From the IMG/VR virus record IMGVR_UViG_2582581315_000004, positions 1 to 25,801 of that record: a DNA stretch of 25,801 nucleotides, one strand, 5' to 3'. This DNA comes from a virus (Duplodnaviria; Heunggongvirae; Uroviricota; Caudoviricetes). Below the pieces are notes generated by a model. It saw only the letters and a program-made list of their open reading frames with translations, was not told the DNA's origin and ran no database searches. Below are positions 8,675 to 17,566 of the stretch, in pieces (the stretch's first letter is position 1; every line of letters begins with the position of its first letter). Made by a program: the position numbers and the translations under genes.

Positions 8675-9468
8675 ACCGCGATCCTTTCGATGTTCTCTTT
8701 GACGACGGTGAAGGTGTAGGCAGCGACAAACGGGTTTCTGCCCCAGGAGCCAGGCCCGTTGATTTCCTCCCAAAGGCAGGAATAGGCTGTCACGGGGTTT
8801 GCAGTGCCCGCGGCGTTCTTGTGTTCGGCGGTGAACCACCAGAATCCAGGACGGATTTCGATGAGCCCTTCAGCGATTGCATCAGCTGCGCTAATGTCCT
8901 GGAGGCGTTGCACCCTGACCTCGGTCACGAGCAATGTCAGACGTGATGCCCATTTCGGCATGAAGCGAGAGTTGCGTAGTTTTCCGAAGGGTCGAAGATC
9001 GTCTCTTTCGTCGTCGAACAGATAATCGATGCCGCCCTTGGTGATCGCGAGGCCGCCACCTGCCTCGTAGGCTATGCCGGCGCCGCGGTCCTGATCTTTC
9101 GACCACACCTCCGAAGGCTTAAGGTTATCCAGGCTGACGAAGGTGCGCCACCCTTCCTTCACCCACAACCGGTCGCCCTTCTCGATCCGAAGACGTCCGA
9201 GCCATTGGGACATCACTGCGCCGCTCTGATGCGGCCCCGGATCGGCCACCCACGCTATCCGACCTTCGATCGCTCGAAAATCTCTTGCGTTGTTCATGGC
9301 GGCATCGAACATATCCGCGTCCGGCTTTACATATCGGCCGCCGTGGTCAAGGCCGCCGGTCCAGACCCGAAGACTTCTTGGCGACAGCTCGCGCCTCGTG
9401 TTCGTCTTCCGATCTTCAAGGAGAGAGCGCACGTTTAGAGCCGACATGGTGATGAACTGGTCAGCCAT
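8671..9468 (-). CDS. ASCH/PUA-like phage protein (KTxTRR family), 265 aa
   Basis: NVRSLLEDRKTNTRR, DRLWVKE.W, FMPKWASRLTL.VTEVRVQRLQDIS..DA.AEG, LW..ING..SW..NPFV; ATG9468 with GGAGAAGGAG SD. Confidence 0.8.
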   Translation of the reverse strand: MADQFITMSALNVRSLLEDRKTNTRRELSPRSLRVWTGGLDHGGRYVKPDADMFDAAMNNARDFRAIEGRIAWVADPGPHQSGAVMSQWLGRLRIEKGDRLWVKEGWRTFVSLDNLKPSEVWSKDQDRGAGIAYEAGGGLAITKGGIDYLFDDERDDLRPFGKLRNSRFMPKWASRLTLLVTEVRVQRLQDISAADAIAEGLIEIRPGFWWFTAEHKNAAGTANPVTAYSCLWEEINGPGSWGRNPFVAAYTFTVVKENIERIAV

Positions 9469-9883
9469 TCTCCTTCTCCCACTGCTTGCGCCAGTCGAAG
9501 AAGCCGAGCGCGCCCTTGACTTTGATGAATTCGACGGGGCGGGGGTCGCGTATGACAAAGCCATAGATACCCTGGAACCACTCGTTGTCGCTTTCGGTCA
9601 CGCAATCTACGAAGTCAGCGACACCGACTATACCGCCCAATCCGAAACCCTCATCGGGGAGCAGAGACCGTAAATCTAATTCGGTTCCTTGAACGGGGTG
9701 ATGGCCGTCTAGCAAAGCTCTTACGCAGCCATAGTCGATGGATTGACCTGCGTGGATCGCGACACGCCCGCGATAACCCTTCAAGGTGTCTCGATTTTCT
9801 ATATCTTTGAGACCATGGACAATTAACCACGCCCATGGTTGCCGGATCGAGAGGGCGAAACGGGGAAGTTCGGGATAGATCAT
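9461..9883 (-). CDS. ASCH domain protein
   Basis: ALSIRQPWAWLIVHG.KDIENR, YRG.VAIHAG, GGIVG....VDCV, WF.G.YGF, KG.LG.F motifs. Confidence 0.88.
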   Translation of the reverse strand: MIYPELPRFALSIRQPWAWLIVHGLKDIENRDTLKGYRGRVAIHAGQSIDYGCVRALLDGHHPVQGTELDLRSLLPDEGFGLGGIVGVADFVDCVTESDNEWFQGIYGFVIRDPRPVEFIKVKGALGFFDWRKQWEKENG

Positions 9884-10500
9884 CCCTTCACCTCGCTCTT
9901 CTTCACCGCGTGCGCATACATTCCGTCCTCAACACGGGCCAGGCCCTCGATCCGGAGCGGAAAATCGCCAGCCAACAGCTTCTCAGTAGACACCCACGCC
10001 CTGCCGGGCCGGAGCGCCGCGTACGGTTGATTCCACGTGGATCCTGCATTGACGTTATCGGCCTCGAAGATCTCCGAGCGACCAGGCGTCAGCCATGGCC
10101 CGAAGATACGCTCTCCGGCCTTTCGATCGGGGTTGCGCTTCTCCAGCAGTTCCCGCGGTCCGGTCATGCGGGCCGTCGTGCGGCACATGCTGCCGGAGCA
10201 TTCAAAGCCGTCGTGTTCGATCAGCGTCCAGTCTGGGGTGACAACGCGAATAATGAGCGTGAACACGCTGCAGAAGTCGTAGCCTTCATCTTTTCGATTG
10301 TAGAGCGGCCGAAGGATCATCACCTCGACTGGCTCTCCGACTGGAGGCGTTGGCGCTCCTTTCTCGAAAAAACATAACTGTCTGTCGATGAAGGCGATCA
10401 CCTGTCCTGGCTTCTTCTTTGAATCCTTCGGTACCACCACCAGGCGCGCGTATTCAGGCACCGGCAGAGGTGTTTGCGGCTTGTAGGGATCGTTCGTCAT
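9880..10500 (-). CDS. Hypothetical protein (206 aa)
   Basis: ATG10500 overlaps the upstream TGA; contains [12 protein letters not shown]; the track extension to 10779 overlaps the PurA-like gene. Confidence 0.75.
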   Translation of the reverse strand: MTNDPYKPQTPLPVPEYARLVVVPKDSKKKPGQVIAFIDRQLCFFEKGAPTPPVGEPVEVMILRPLYNRKDEGYDFCSVFTLIIRVVTPDWTLIEHDGFECSGSMCRTTARMTGPRELLEKRNPDRKAGERIFGPWLTPGRSEIFEADNVNAGSTWNQPYAALRPGRAWVSTEKLLAGDFPLRIEGLARVEDGMYAHAVKKSEVKG

Positions 10501-11696
10501 GCCGCTTCCTTTCCAATCACGGATATGTTTTTCCTTGCAGGCCCATAGCTCATCGACCGGATCGGCAATCCAGTTCGAACGGAGATGTTTTCGGCGAGTT
10601 TCGCTCGAGCGATCGTTGTCTGGCGTCCGCCGACGTGCACGTCTGCCGTATCTGCAATTTGATCTACGCACGTGATTGCGATGGTGCGCTCTGTGTGAAA
10701 CCCATCGATGAAATCGGCCGTGATGGCGTCGCGCAGACGATCGATGTTCAAATGGCCAAAGCGCATCGTTCCTTGCCACGGATTGGGCATATTGGTTCGA
10801 TCCTCATAGGAGAGGCCGTGCACAGGATCGAACGGGCCTTCGCCGTGACGCGTCGAATATGCTCGGGAAACATAGATCGTCGCGGCGGGTTCGATACCTG
10901 CCTGGTTGCATATCGAGCGGATGTTATGGCTGCCCGTGCGTGCACGGGTCACATGCGGAAAATCTGGACTGCATTCGTCTAGCAGAAGTCCTTGTGATCC
11001 TTCGAAGACGACGTGCTGAGTTCCACCCATGACGTTCACGTCGCATAAACGCGTTCCCAGGCTGAAACATTCCGAGGCATAGCAATAGTCATCGATGACT
11101 TTGCCCTTATAGATGGCTTCGTGGATCGGCGCGGGGAGGGTTTCCAGCCCAAGTTCATTCATCCGCCACGGAAGGTAATGTTCTTTGAGGAACATCAGCC
11201 AGTCGCGCAGCTGCTTCGGGTGCTGCAGGATCGCTGCATTGCCATGAAATTCCTTATTGGTATGCTCGTTCCTCGTGACCGTCTCATTGATGCCAACGCC
11301 GCAGGAACCGTGGCGCAGCATGCCTCGGCCGATTTCCAATGCCTGATTGATCGCTATATCGATCGGGGTTGTAATCGGCGATTGGCTGTCGACTAAGAGG
11401 AACGGAAAGAGGCCCTTGGAATTCAGTTCTGTCAGCTCCTTCAGCCACAGGATTGGATTGCTAATGAAGAAGCGGGAGAGATAGGTTTCCGCGCCGGCGA
11501 ATGTGCCGGATCCAAAGTGGGAGAAGACATGGCGCAGACCGTCGTCGCCCATCACTGTATGACCGGCGTTCGCACCGCCGCTGTATCGGCAGACAAGCGC
11601 CGTATCGCTCGTCGACGAGACCACGTCATGAACGATCGATCCTTTACCTTCATCGCCCCAAAGGGCTCCAATGACAGCGGTGGCGCGCATAGCCAT
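10497..11696 (-). CDS. Divergent adenylosuccinate synthetase-like (PurA-fold) GTP-dependent ligase; not PurZ
   Basis: [61 protein letters not shown]; the Asp-binding loop is replaced by [16 protein letters not shown]; AAGGAG SD. Confidence 0.9.
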   Translation of the reverse strand: MAMRATAVIGALWGDEGKGSIVHDVVSSTSDTALVCRYSGGANAGHTVMGDDGLRHVFSHFGSGTFAGAETYLSRFFISNPILWLKELTELNSKGLFPFLLVDSQSPITTPIDIAINQALEIGRGMLRHGSCGVGINETVTRNEHTNKEFHGNAAILQHPKQLRDWLMFLKEHYLPWRMNELGLETLPAPIHEAIYKGKVIDDYCYASECFSLGTRLCDVNVMGGTQHVVFEGSQGLLLDECSPDFPHVTRARTGSHNIRSICNQAGIEPAATIYVSRAYSTRHGEGPFDPVHGLSYEDRTNMPNPWQGTMRFGHLNIDRLRDAITADFIDGFHTERTIAITCVDQIADTADVHVGGRQTTIARAKLAENISVRTGLPIRSMSYGPARKNISVIGKEAA

Positions 11697-11713
11697 GCCT
11701 TCTCCTTCTTCGG

Positions 11714-12604
11714 TTAGAAACGAACGACGCCGGTGCCAGCGCCAGACTTCGTCAGGCCGTTGACCGCGGTGGAGACCACGAGCGACGTGTCGCCGCTCCA
11801 GGAGCTGACGACCGCATTGACGTCACGGCCCTCAATGATCTCGATGGTCGAGACGATGACTTCGGCCAGCTTTTGGTGATCAGTGACCTTGATGGAACGT
11901 TCGCCAAGCAGCGTCGCCCAGCTGGACGCGTCGTATCCGCCCGGGTTGACGATGAGATGGAACACCTCCCAGAGCTGCGACGCGGCCGCCAGGAGATCTT
12001 TTGCCGAATAGTCCTTCTCGACATCGTCGCCGAAGATGCTCTTGATCTGGTCCTTGGTCAGCGTGAGATGAGGAGGCTCGTCGCCGATGGTGAAGAGGTA
12101 TCCCTTCTTGTTGCGCTTCATCATGGAGTCGCACTTGGTCTTCATCGCTGCGAAGTACCAAGCGGCGAGGTAGGATTCGCCGCCATTGCCGCCGCCGCCG
12201 CCCTCAAGCCAGAGCTTTTCGACTTGTTCTGCCAACACGATGCTCGCCTCGAACTGCGTCACCTGCAGCGGAGCCGTGTCGCAGAAGCCGTCGCCGATTG
12301 CAGCGCAAAGAACATGCGGGTCCGGTATCGGCTTGCGGTCATAGATCTCCTGCATGATCACGCCGAGGCCTTTTCTGACGATGTTCTCTGCGAGGATGCC
12401 CATGGAGCCCGTGACGTCCACCGCCACGATAACCGGTGTCGAGTTCGGATTTGCCTCGGAGTCGACAGACTCGCGAACCGATATCGAATTCGGGTTGAGC
12501 GCCGGGTTTATTGCCTTGCTCGTGAAGATCTGCTGCTGCGTCTTCGACTGAGTGGTCGACTGGTACGATCCCCAATCGCTCGCATCCCAACGGGAGCTAC
12601 CCAT
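11714..12604 (-). CDS. von Willebrand factor type A (vWA) domain protein
   Basis: MIDAS-type [32 protein letters not shown]. Confidence 0.88.
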   Translation of the reverse strand: MGSSRWDASDWGSYQSTTQSKTQQQIFTSKAINPALNPNSISVRESVDSEANPNSTPVIVAVDVTGSMGILAENIVRKGLGVIMQEIYDRKPIPDPHVLCAAIGDGFCDTAPLQVTQFEASIVLAEQVEKLWLEGGGGGNGGESYLAAWYFAAMKTKCDSMMKRNKKGYLFTIGDEPPHLTLTKDQIKSIFGDDVEKDYSAKDLLAAASQLWEVFHLIVNPGGYDASSWATLLGERSIKVTDHQKLAEVIVSTIEIIEGRDVNAVVSSWSGDTSLVVSTAVNGLTKSGAGTGVVRF

Positions 12605-13630
12605 TCACTTCTCCTTCTCAAAAATGTCGCTTGCGGTAATCTTGAGATCGACGAAGCGACGGGCGCCGAAACTCTCGCCAATGGCTTTTTGCCAGTTGGC
12701 GTAATCTTCGCGGGCACTTGGAGACGCCGGCGAGCGCAAGAACCGTACCATTGGTTCAGGTGCCAGGCTGCGGAGCGTCATCCCTGTGGGATCGCCGAGC
12801 AGTGACCGCCCGAGCAGGCGAATGGATGCCGTATCAATGATCGGGCTTGCTTTCTTCTCGCGAAGAACGTCAGGCGGAGTCACCGAATGAATTGACCTTG
12901 GGAGCGCCCGCAGCTTCTCGCCTACCGGGGTGGCGTACCACCATCCCCCATAGAGCATGACGCTGTGATGTTTGGGCGAGACGAAGACGCTGTCGGGCGT
13001 GATGCCTCCATGGCACAAGCCTGAGAATTCAAAGTAGCATGCGATGTTGTAAACGCCGCTCATCACCCAGGCGACGTGACGCGGATCGATCGCCCCGCCG
13101 AGATGCAGGCGGACGTCGTCCAACATGAAGACGTCGTCAGTCTTTGTCAGGACAAGCCCAACGCTTCCATCGGCGCATTTATGGACGCCGGCGATGGACG
13201 GGAGATACTTTCGCATCTCGGTTTCCATCCGCTCGCTGGCGAAATTCAACTTCGCGACGCGATCCTGGACGCTTTTCGTCAAATCGGCGAAGCCAGACGA
13301 GATCTGCCACAACAGTGCGGATCTGCCATAGAATGACTTGCCTGCCTCAATCGATCGTTCCATTTCGAAGCGAACTCGAAATGAGCGCCCATCCGCAGCC
13401 CTGATCGTTATGACCCCATCTTCGCGCCAGGTGCCCTGCTTAACCTTGTCATGGGCGATAGTGCGTAGCGCGGACAAGTGCGCTGTGACCTTGGTTGCCG
13501 CGACATCAGGATTGGTGTCCGGATGCCATTCCCGCGCTAGCGCCCGGAACTCCTGATCGATCACGGTCGGTGCCGAAAAGAGGCGTTCCGGCCGATCAAG
13601 TGGAATGGAAAGGATTTCGTCAGCGGTCAT
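12605..13630 (-). CDS. Truncated J-domain (HPD) fused to a protein-kinase-like fold, likely pseudokinase
   Basis: N-terminal FRALAREWHPD; C-terminal HVAWVMS...LCHGGITPDSVFV....H.VMLYGGWW resembles the catalytic loop and Mg-binding segment but lacks both Asp residues. Confidence 0.75.
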   Translation of the reverse strand: MTADEILSIPLDRPERLFSAPTVIDQEFRALAREWHPDTNPDVAATKVTAHLSALRTIAHDKVKQGTWREDGVITIRAADGRSFRVRFEMERSIEAGKSFYGRSALLWQISSGFADLTKSVQDRVAKLNFASERMETEMRKYLPSIAGVHKCADGSVGLVLTKTDDVFMLDDVRLHLGGAIDPRHVAWVMSGVYNIACYFEFSGLCHGGITPDSVFVSPKHHSVMLYGGWWYATPVGEKLRALPRSIHSVTPPDVLREKKASPIIDTASIRLLGRSLLGDPTGMTLRSLAPEPMVRFLRSPASPSAREDYANWQKAIGESFGARRFVDLKITASDIFEKEK

Positions 13631-14640
13631 CAGTGCGCGACAACCAATTGATGACGATACTGCCGGAAGCCGACGAAATTCGCGTGCTCCCAGCTGTGAG
13701 CCCAGCGCTCACCCGTCCACGAACCATCGTACGCAATCGTCCGGCCATCAGCCTGTGCCACGTGCTCGCACGGTGAGGCGTGGATAGGCCGGCTGCCGAC
13801 GAGCTTGTCATGCAGTTCGATGGCGCGCTTCAGCGTCATGTCGAAACCGTCGACTGTCTTGTAGGAAGTGCTCGCGCACCGGGCTACGGATAGCTTCTTC
13901 GCCGCATCCAGGAACACTTCTTCCGGAATGTGGGCGCCGGAGGTGTCGCTGTCATCCAGGTACGGTGCCATGATCTCGGCGTCGACCTGAGCGCGATCAA
14001 CGAACGGCAAGTGCCATTGGCCTGGCTGCAGCACCTGCATGGCAGGTTTTGCAAGCTCTGCTCGGACCGCGCGCGCGAGCATCGCGATATGGGGTTCCGC
14101 GTCGCCATGGTCCCGCAGTTCGAGGAAGTTCAACCACTCAGTTGCTGACGCGAGAACCTTGATATGCATATAAGGTTCCAGGATTCTGTTGACGATCTGC
14201 TTGTGGGCACCGATAAGCCGTTCTTCTTCATCGATTCCCAGGCGGCACATCTCTGTGGCATAGGCGATCGCGCTTTCCATCGAGCGCATCCAAATATCGT
14301 AAGCCAGCTGGCGCTCCGCCGGTCCGAGCTCTTCCTTCGCCTGCATGCCGGCTATATTTTTGCCCCAGAACAACGGCACCGCCGGGTCTGCCCGTATTGC
14401 TTCGATCATCTTGGCGACGGGGATCGCGCGGCTCGACGCCGCATTGCGAGAGAGGAACGGATCTTCCATGGGAGCCGGCGTGAACACCAGAACCTCCATG
14501 TCTTCAGCTATGCGAAGAATTCGATGGGTGCGGCCTTCGGCGTGGATCCATCGCGGATACGTCCAGAGCTGCGTATCGAGCCGCGCGTTCGCGCTCGCGT
14601 GTTGGCTGGAAAGAATTGTTTCGGCGGAAATGGTTGTCAC
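13630..14640 (-). CDS. thyX: Phage-type FAD-dependent thymidylate synthase (ThyX-like) with an insertion in the signature motif
   Basis: YPRWIHAE..THR...SRNAASSRAIPV, HKQIVNRILEPY, NFLELRDH..AEP.I, SVARCA..SY, HASP.EH.A, NF.GF.QYR. Confidence 0.83.
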   Translation of the reverse strand: MTTISAETILSSQHASANARLDTQLWTYPRWIHAEGRTHRILRIAEDMEVLVFTPAPMEDPFLSRNAASSRAIPVAKMIEAIRADPAVPLFWGKNIAGMQAKEELGPAERQLAYDIWMRSMESAIAYATEMCRLGIDEEERLIGAHKQIVNRILEPYMHIKVLASATEWLNFLELRDHGDAEPHIAMLARAVRAELAKPAMQVLQPGQWHLPFVDRAQVDAEIMAPYLDDSDTSGAHIPEEVFLDAAKKLSVARCASTSYKTVDGFDMTLKRAIELHDKLVGSRPIHASPCEHVAQADGRTIAYDGSWTGERWAHSWEHANFVGFRQYRHQLVVAH

Positions 14641-15482
14641 TGGCGAGCTCCTGCTGATGCGATGACCTCGTGCACGAATTCTCGCGCATTGAGCTTCAGA
14701 GCTTCGAGATCGGAATGATTTGGGATGATGCAGTCGTACTGGAAGTTCTCGACCTCCCGATCCGCCGCATTGCTGTCAACACGTTCTGCATCCGGACGGT
14801 CGACGAAGACCGTCAGGAATTCATTGGACGCGATGGTCTTCATGAAGGCGATCGCATCTGGCTCGCGGACATGAATGAAGCCGATCTGGAAATCGTGCGC
14901 CGACTGGAACATCTGGTGTTCCATCCTGTGAATGATCAGTCGCGAAGCGAAGCGATCAAACTTTTCGAACGCCGCCTTTATCTCGGCCCAAAGAGCGCGC
15001 TTCTCCGGAGTCTTCGGTTCGTCGGCGATCCCAGCATCTTGGGTGATCTTCTTGGCGAAGTCGATGGAGCTCATTGCATATGCGCGCCAACCCATCCAAG
15101 AGAAATACTCTCCGGCAAATTCGACGAATTTGTCTTTGCCTGCGCGCGGATAACCGTTCACAATCACGATGACTCTGCCCGGCCCATTCACTCGACTGAA
15201 CACCTTCATTGATCGTCTCACCTCGATGGCATTGCGCCTGGAGTTGTCTGTATCAAGGGAGGGGCATCGGCGGATTTCTCCCATCCGCAGCGCCCGCTTC
15301 CATAGCGGCCAAGAGCTAGCGCCCTTGGTGTAGAATTCTCTGGCTTTCCCTTCGCGATCCAGCCAATAAGAGTGCAGGTTCCCGCGCCGATCGCGCGTGA
15401 ATTTGACAGTCCCTCGGCTGAGCATTGCTGCTCCAAAAGCCACGATGAAGCAGTTCGCCGGAAACCGAACCGGCGCTCGCAT
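14637..15482 (-). CDS. Phage dNMP-kinase-like P-loop protein with a ~91-aa N-terminal extension; probable internal start at 15209
   Basis: IVNGYPRAGKD P-loop, SSID..K, FIHVREPD.I, N.AD..V.NFQYD.II.N; GAGGTG SD upstream of ATG15209. Confidence 0.72.
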   Translation of the reverse strand: MRAPVRFPANCFIVAFGAAMLSRGTVKFTRDRRGNLHSYWLDREGKAREFYTKGASSWPLWKRALRMGEIRRCPSLDTDNSRRNAIEVRRSMKVFSRVNGPGRVIVIVNGYPRAGKDKFVEFAGEYFSWMGWRAYAMSSIDFAKKITQDAGIADEPKTPEKRALWAEIKAAFEKFDRFASRLIIHRMEHQMFQSAHDFQIGFIHVREPDAIAFMKTIASNEFLTVFVDRPDAERVDSNAADREVENFQYDCIIPNHSDLEALKLNAREFVHEVIASAGARQ

Positions 15483-15485
15483 TGA

Positions 15486-16601
15486 CTACACGCGCATTGG
15501 CATCAATACGTACAGCGTATCGTCGCCTTCCTCGTCACGGATGACTGTCGGGCTGCCTGAATCCTGCAGGTTGATACGGGCACGCTTCGATTGAATATTG
15601 GCCAGGATGTCGTTGACATATTTGGCGTTGAAGCCGATCTGGAGTTCCGGCTGGTCGGATGGATAGTCGATTTCAACATCATCCTCGGCGGCGCCGTGGT
15701 CTGGGTTATTGACGTCGAGATGCAAGTTTCCGTCCGAGAATGTCATTCGCACCGCGCGACCGCGCTCGCTCGAGATCGTCGATACCCGGTCTGTTGCCGC
15801 GCGAATGAGATCGGAGTCCGCAATCGCAATGATGTTGTTCGTTTGCGGGATGACACGCGTGTAATCTGGGAAGGTGCCGTCGATCAATTTCGAGAGCAGA
15901 ACGACGTCGCCACGCTGAACGCGGATCTTTGAATCCGATACCTCGATCAAAACTTCGCCGGCATCCAGAAGCTTCTCCAGTTCGCCGACGGTCTTGCGCG
16001 GGATGATAACGCCTCCCAAGCCGGCCGCGCCGGAGGGAGCTTCGACCTGCGCTCGGGCGAGACGGTGTCCGTCGGTCGCGACCGCGCGCAGAACCAGTCG
16101 GCCTGCGTCCTCCGTCGTGTGCATGAAGATGCCGTTCAAATAGTAGCGGGTCTCTTCGGTCGAGATCGCAAACTTCGTTCGCGCAATCATCATCTTGAGA
16201 CTGGCCGCCGGCAATGAGAACGTGTGCGCGAATGTGCCAACGTTCATGTCCGGGAAGTCCGAGATCGGCAGGCACTGCAATTTGAACTTGGATCGCCCGC
16301 CGCCGACCGTCAGCGCGTCCTTGGCGCCGTTCAGTTCGAAAGCCACTGTACCGCCGGCCAGCTTTCGCACGATATCGCTCAGCAGTTGGGCCGGCACGGT
16401 GATTTCGCCGCCCACGGCGATGTCGGCCGCCACGGTCAAATTGATCTCGAGATCGAGGTCGGTGGCGCGCATGGACAATGACGCTCCATCCGCGACAAGC
16501 GCCACGTTCGCCAAGATCGGGATTGTATTGCGTCGTTCAACGACTCTCGAGACCTGGGCAATGGCATTGGCGATGACTGCTTTTTCGACTGAGAATTTCA
16601 A
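15486..16601 (-). CDS. dnaN: DNA polymerase III beta sliding clamp, phage-borne copy
   Basis: VVERRNTIPIL.NV, ATDLD, FAISTEETRYYLNGIF, VATDGHRLA, SKLIDGTFPDY.RVIP, IGFNAKY, LYVLMPMRV; TTG start overlaps the upstream TGA. Confidence 0.97.
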   Translation of the reverse strand: MKFSVEKAVIANAIAQVSRVVERRNTIPILANVALVADGASLSMRATDLDLEINLTVAADIAVGGEITVPAQLLSDIVRKLAGGTVAFELNGAKDALTVGGGRSKFKLQCLPISDFPDMNVGTFAHTFSLPAASLKMMIARTKFAISTEETRYYLNGIFMHTTEDAGRLVLRAVATDGHRLARAQVEAPSGAAGLGGVIIPRKTVGELEKLLDAGEVLIEVSDSKIRVQRGDVVLLSKLIDGTFPDYTRVIPQTNNIIAIADSDLIRAATDRVSTISSERGRAVRMTFSDGNLHLDVNNPDHGAAEDDVEIDYPSDQPELQIGFNAKYVNDILANIQSKRARINLQDSGSPTVIRDEEGDDTLYVLMPMRV

Positions 16602-17548
16602 AGCGGGAGCTCCATCGTGTTCGCGTCGCGCCGCACAAGCGGTTCGAGGCCGGTGCGGGCTTCGTTCGGGGAGGCACGACCATCGGCGAGATCTTCAGTG
16701 GCGCTTTCGAAGGAGGCCGTCTCTGGCATCCCATTCGCGCGGTATTGGCGATTGAGCTCCTGGCGCTCAGATTCAAGGCGCTGATCCATATCCCGTTTCT
16801 CAAGGTGATACCGGGCGGTGTGCAGCGTGTCGGCGTCGAACTTCTTGGAAAGGATCCAGGTAAGCATGCCGTATTCGACGTCCTCCCACGGCGTACCCTT
16901 GCCGCCATTCCGATACTGCTCACCGATCTTGCAGCGCGGCAGGAGCGCGGGCTCGTTCGTCCACTTGATGAGCGTCTCCACGGAGTGACCGGCGTTCAAC
17001 GCTTCCCGCAGGGTGAATGCCGTGACGTAAGAATCAGGCAGAGCGCGATGAGTGGGAAGCGCGCGATCGCGAATGAGGCCGGTCGGCATGAGATAATATC
17101 GGATCGCGTTGTTTGAATGGGACATCGAGCCAGGCCACAGGCGAAGAGCGATTTTGTAAGTATCGATCCATGGAAGGCCGCCGGCGGCAGCGCCGATCAG
17201 ATTTTTCTCGCATTCGATGTTGTGTGCAGCGAGTGCAACAATCCGCTCGCTCGGATTGTTGACGAGGGTGACACACGGAGCGACTTCTGACCAAGCGGGG
17301 CTGCTCTGCACGTCGTCATCGGTCAGGTTGTGGATCGCAGACGTCTCGGGCGGGATCGGCCCGTAGGGCCTCACCAATGATTGCATCGAGTCGAATGGGT
17401 TCTCGCCAACCTGCCAATCGAATGGGCTGCCAAGCATATCGTGTTGATCGGTCCAAAGGTCAGTATGACCGTATTCGATAATGCCTGGTTCTCCCTCGAT
17501 GGGGTCTGGCCCTGTCTCGAGGTCGATGACGCGGATGATGGTCTTCAT
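16598..17548 (-). CDS. Exonuclease X-like DEDDh 3'-5' exonuclease with a C-terminal extension
   Basis: VIDLETG, AIHNLTDDDV, AAHN, WIDTY, HRALPDSYVT; C-terminus MELPL; GAGGAAGG SD. Confidence 0.88.
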   Translation of the reverse strand: MKTIIRVIDLETGPDPIEGEPGIIEYGHTDLWTDQHDMLGSPFDWQVGENPFDSMQSLVRPYGPIPPETSAIHNLTDDDVQSSPAWSEVAPCVTLVNNPSERIVALAAHNIECEKNLIGAAAGGLPWIDTYKIALRLWPGSMSHSNNAIRYYLMPTGLIRDRALPTHRALPDSYVTAFTLREALNAGHSVETLIKWTNEPALLPRCKIGEQYRNGGKGTPWEDVEYGMLTWILSKKFDADTLHTARYHLEKRDMDQRLESERQELNRQYRANGMPETASFESATEDLADGRASPNEARTGLEPLVRRDANTMELPL

Positions 17549-17566
17549 GTTTCGGATCGCCCTTCC

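Noticed and set aside
10497-11696. PurZ / Z-genome (2-aminoadenine) pathway
   Set aside because: The P-loop keeps GDEGKG (PurZ has Ser at the Asp position), the Asp-binding loop is lost, and no DatZ/MazZ-like or dedicated polymerase gene is in the window.
11873-12805. 310-aa plus-strand ORF
   Set aside because: It is the antisense shadow of the GC-rich vWA gene, with no recognisable motifs or RBS. The same applies to most plus-strand ORFs over 1-21700.
15486-16601. Host chromosomal dnaN / origin region
   Set aside because: No dnaA, recF or gyrB nearby; the gene is coupled to phage genes inside the early operon.
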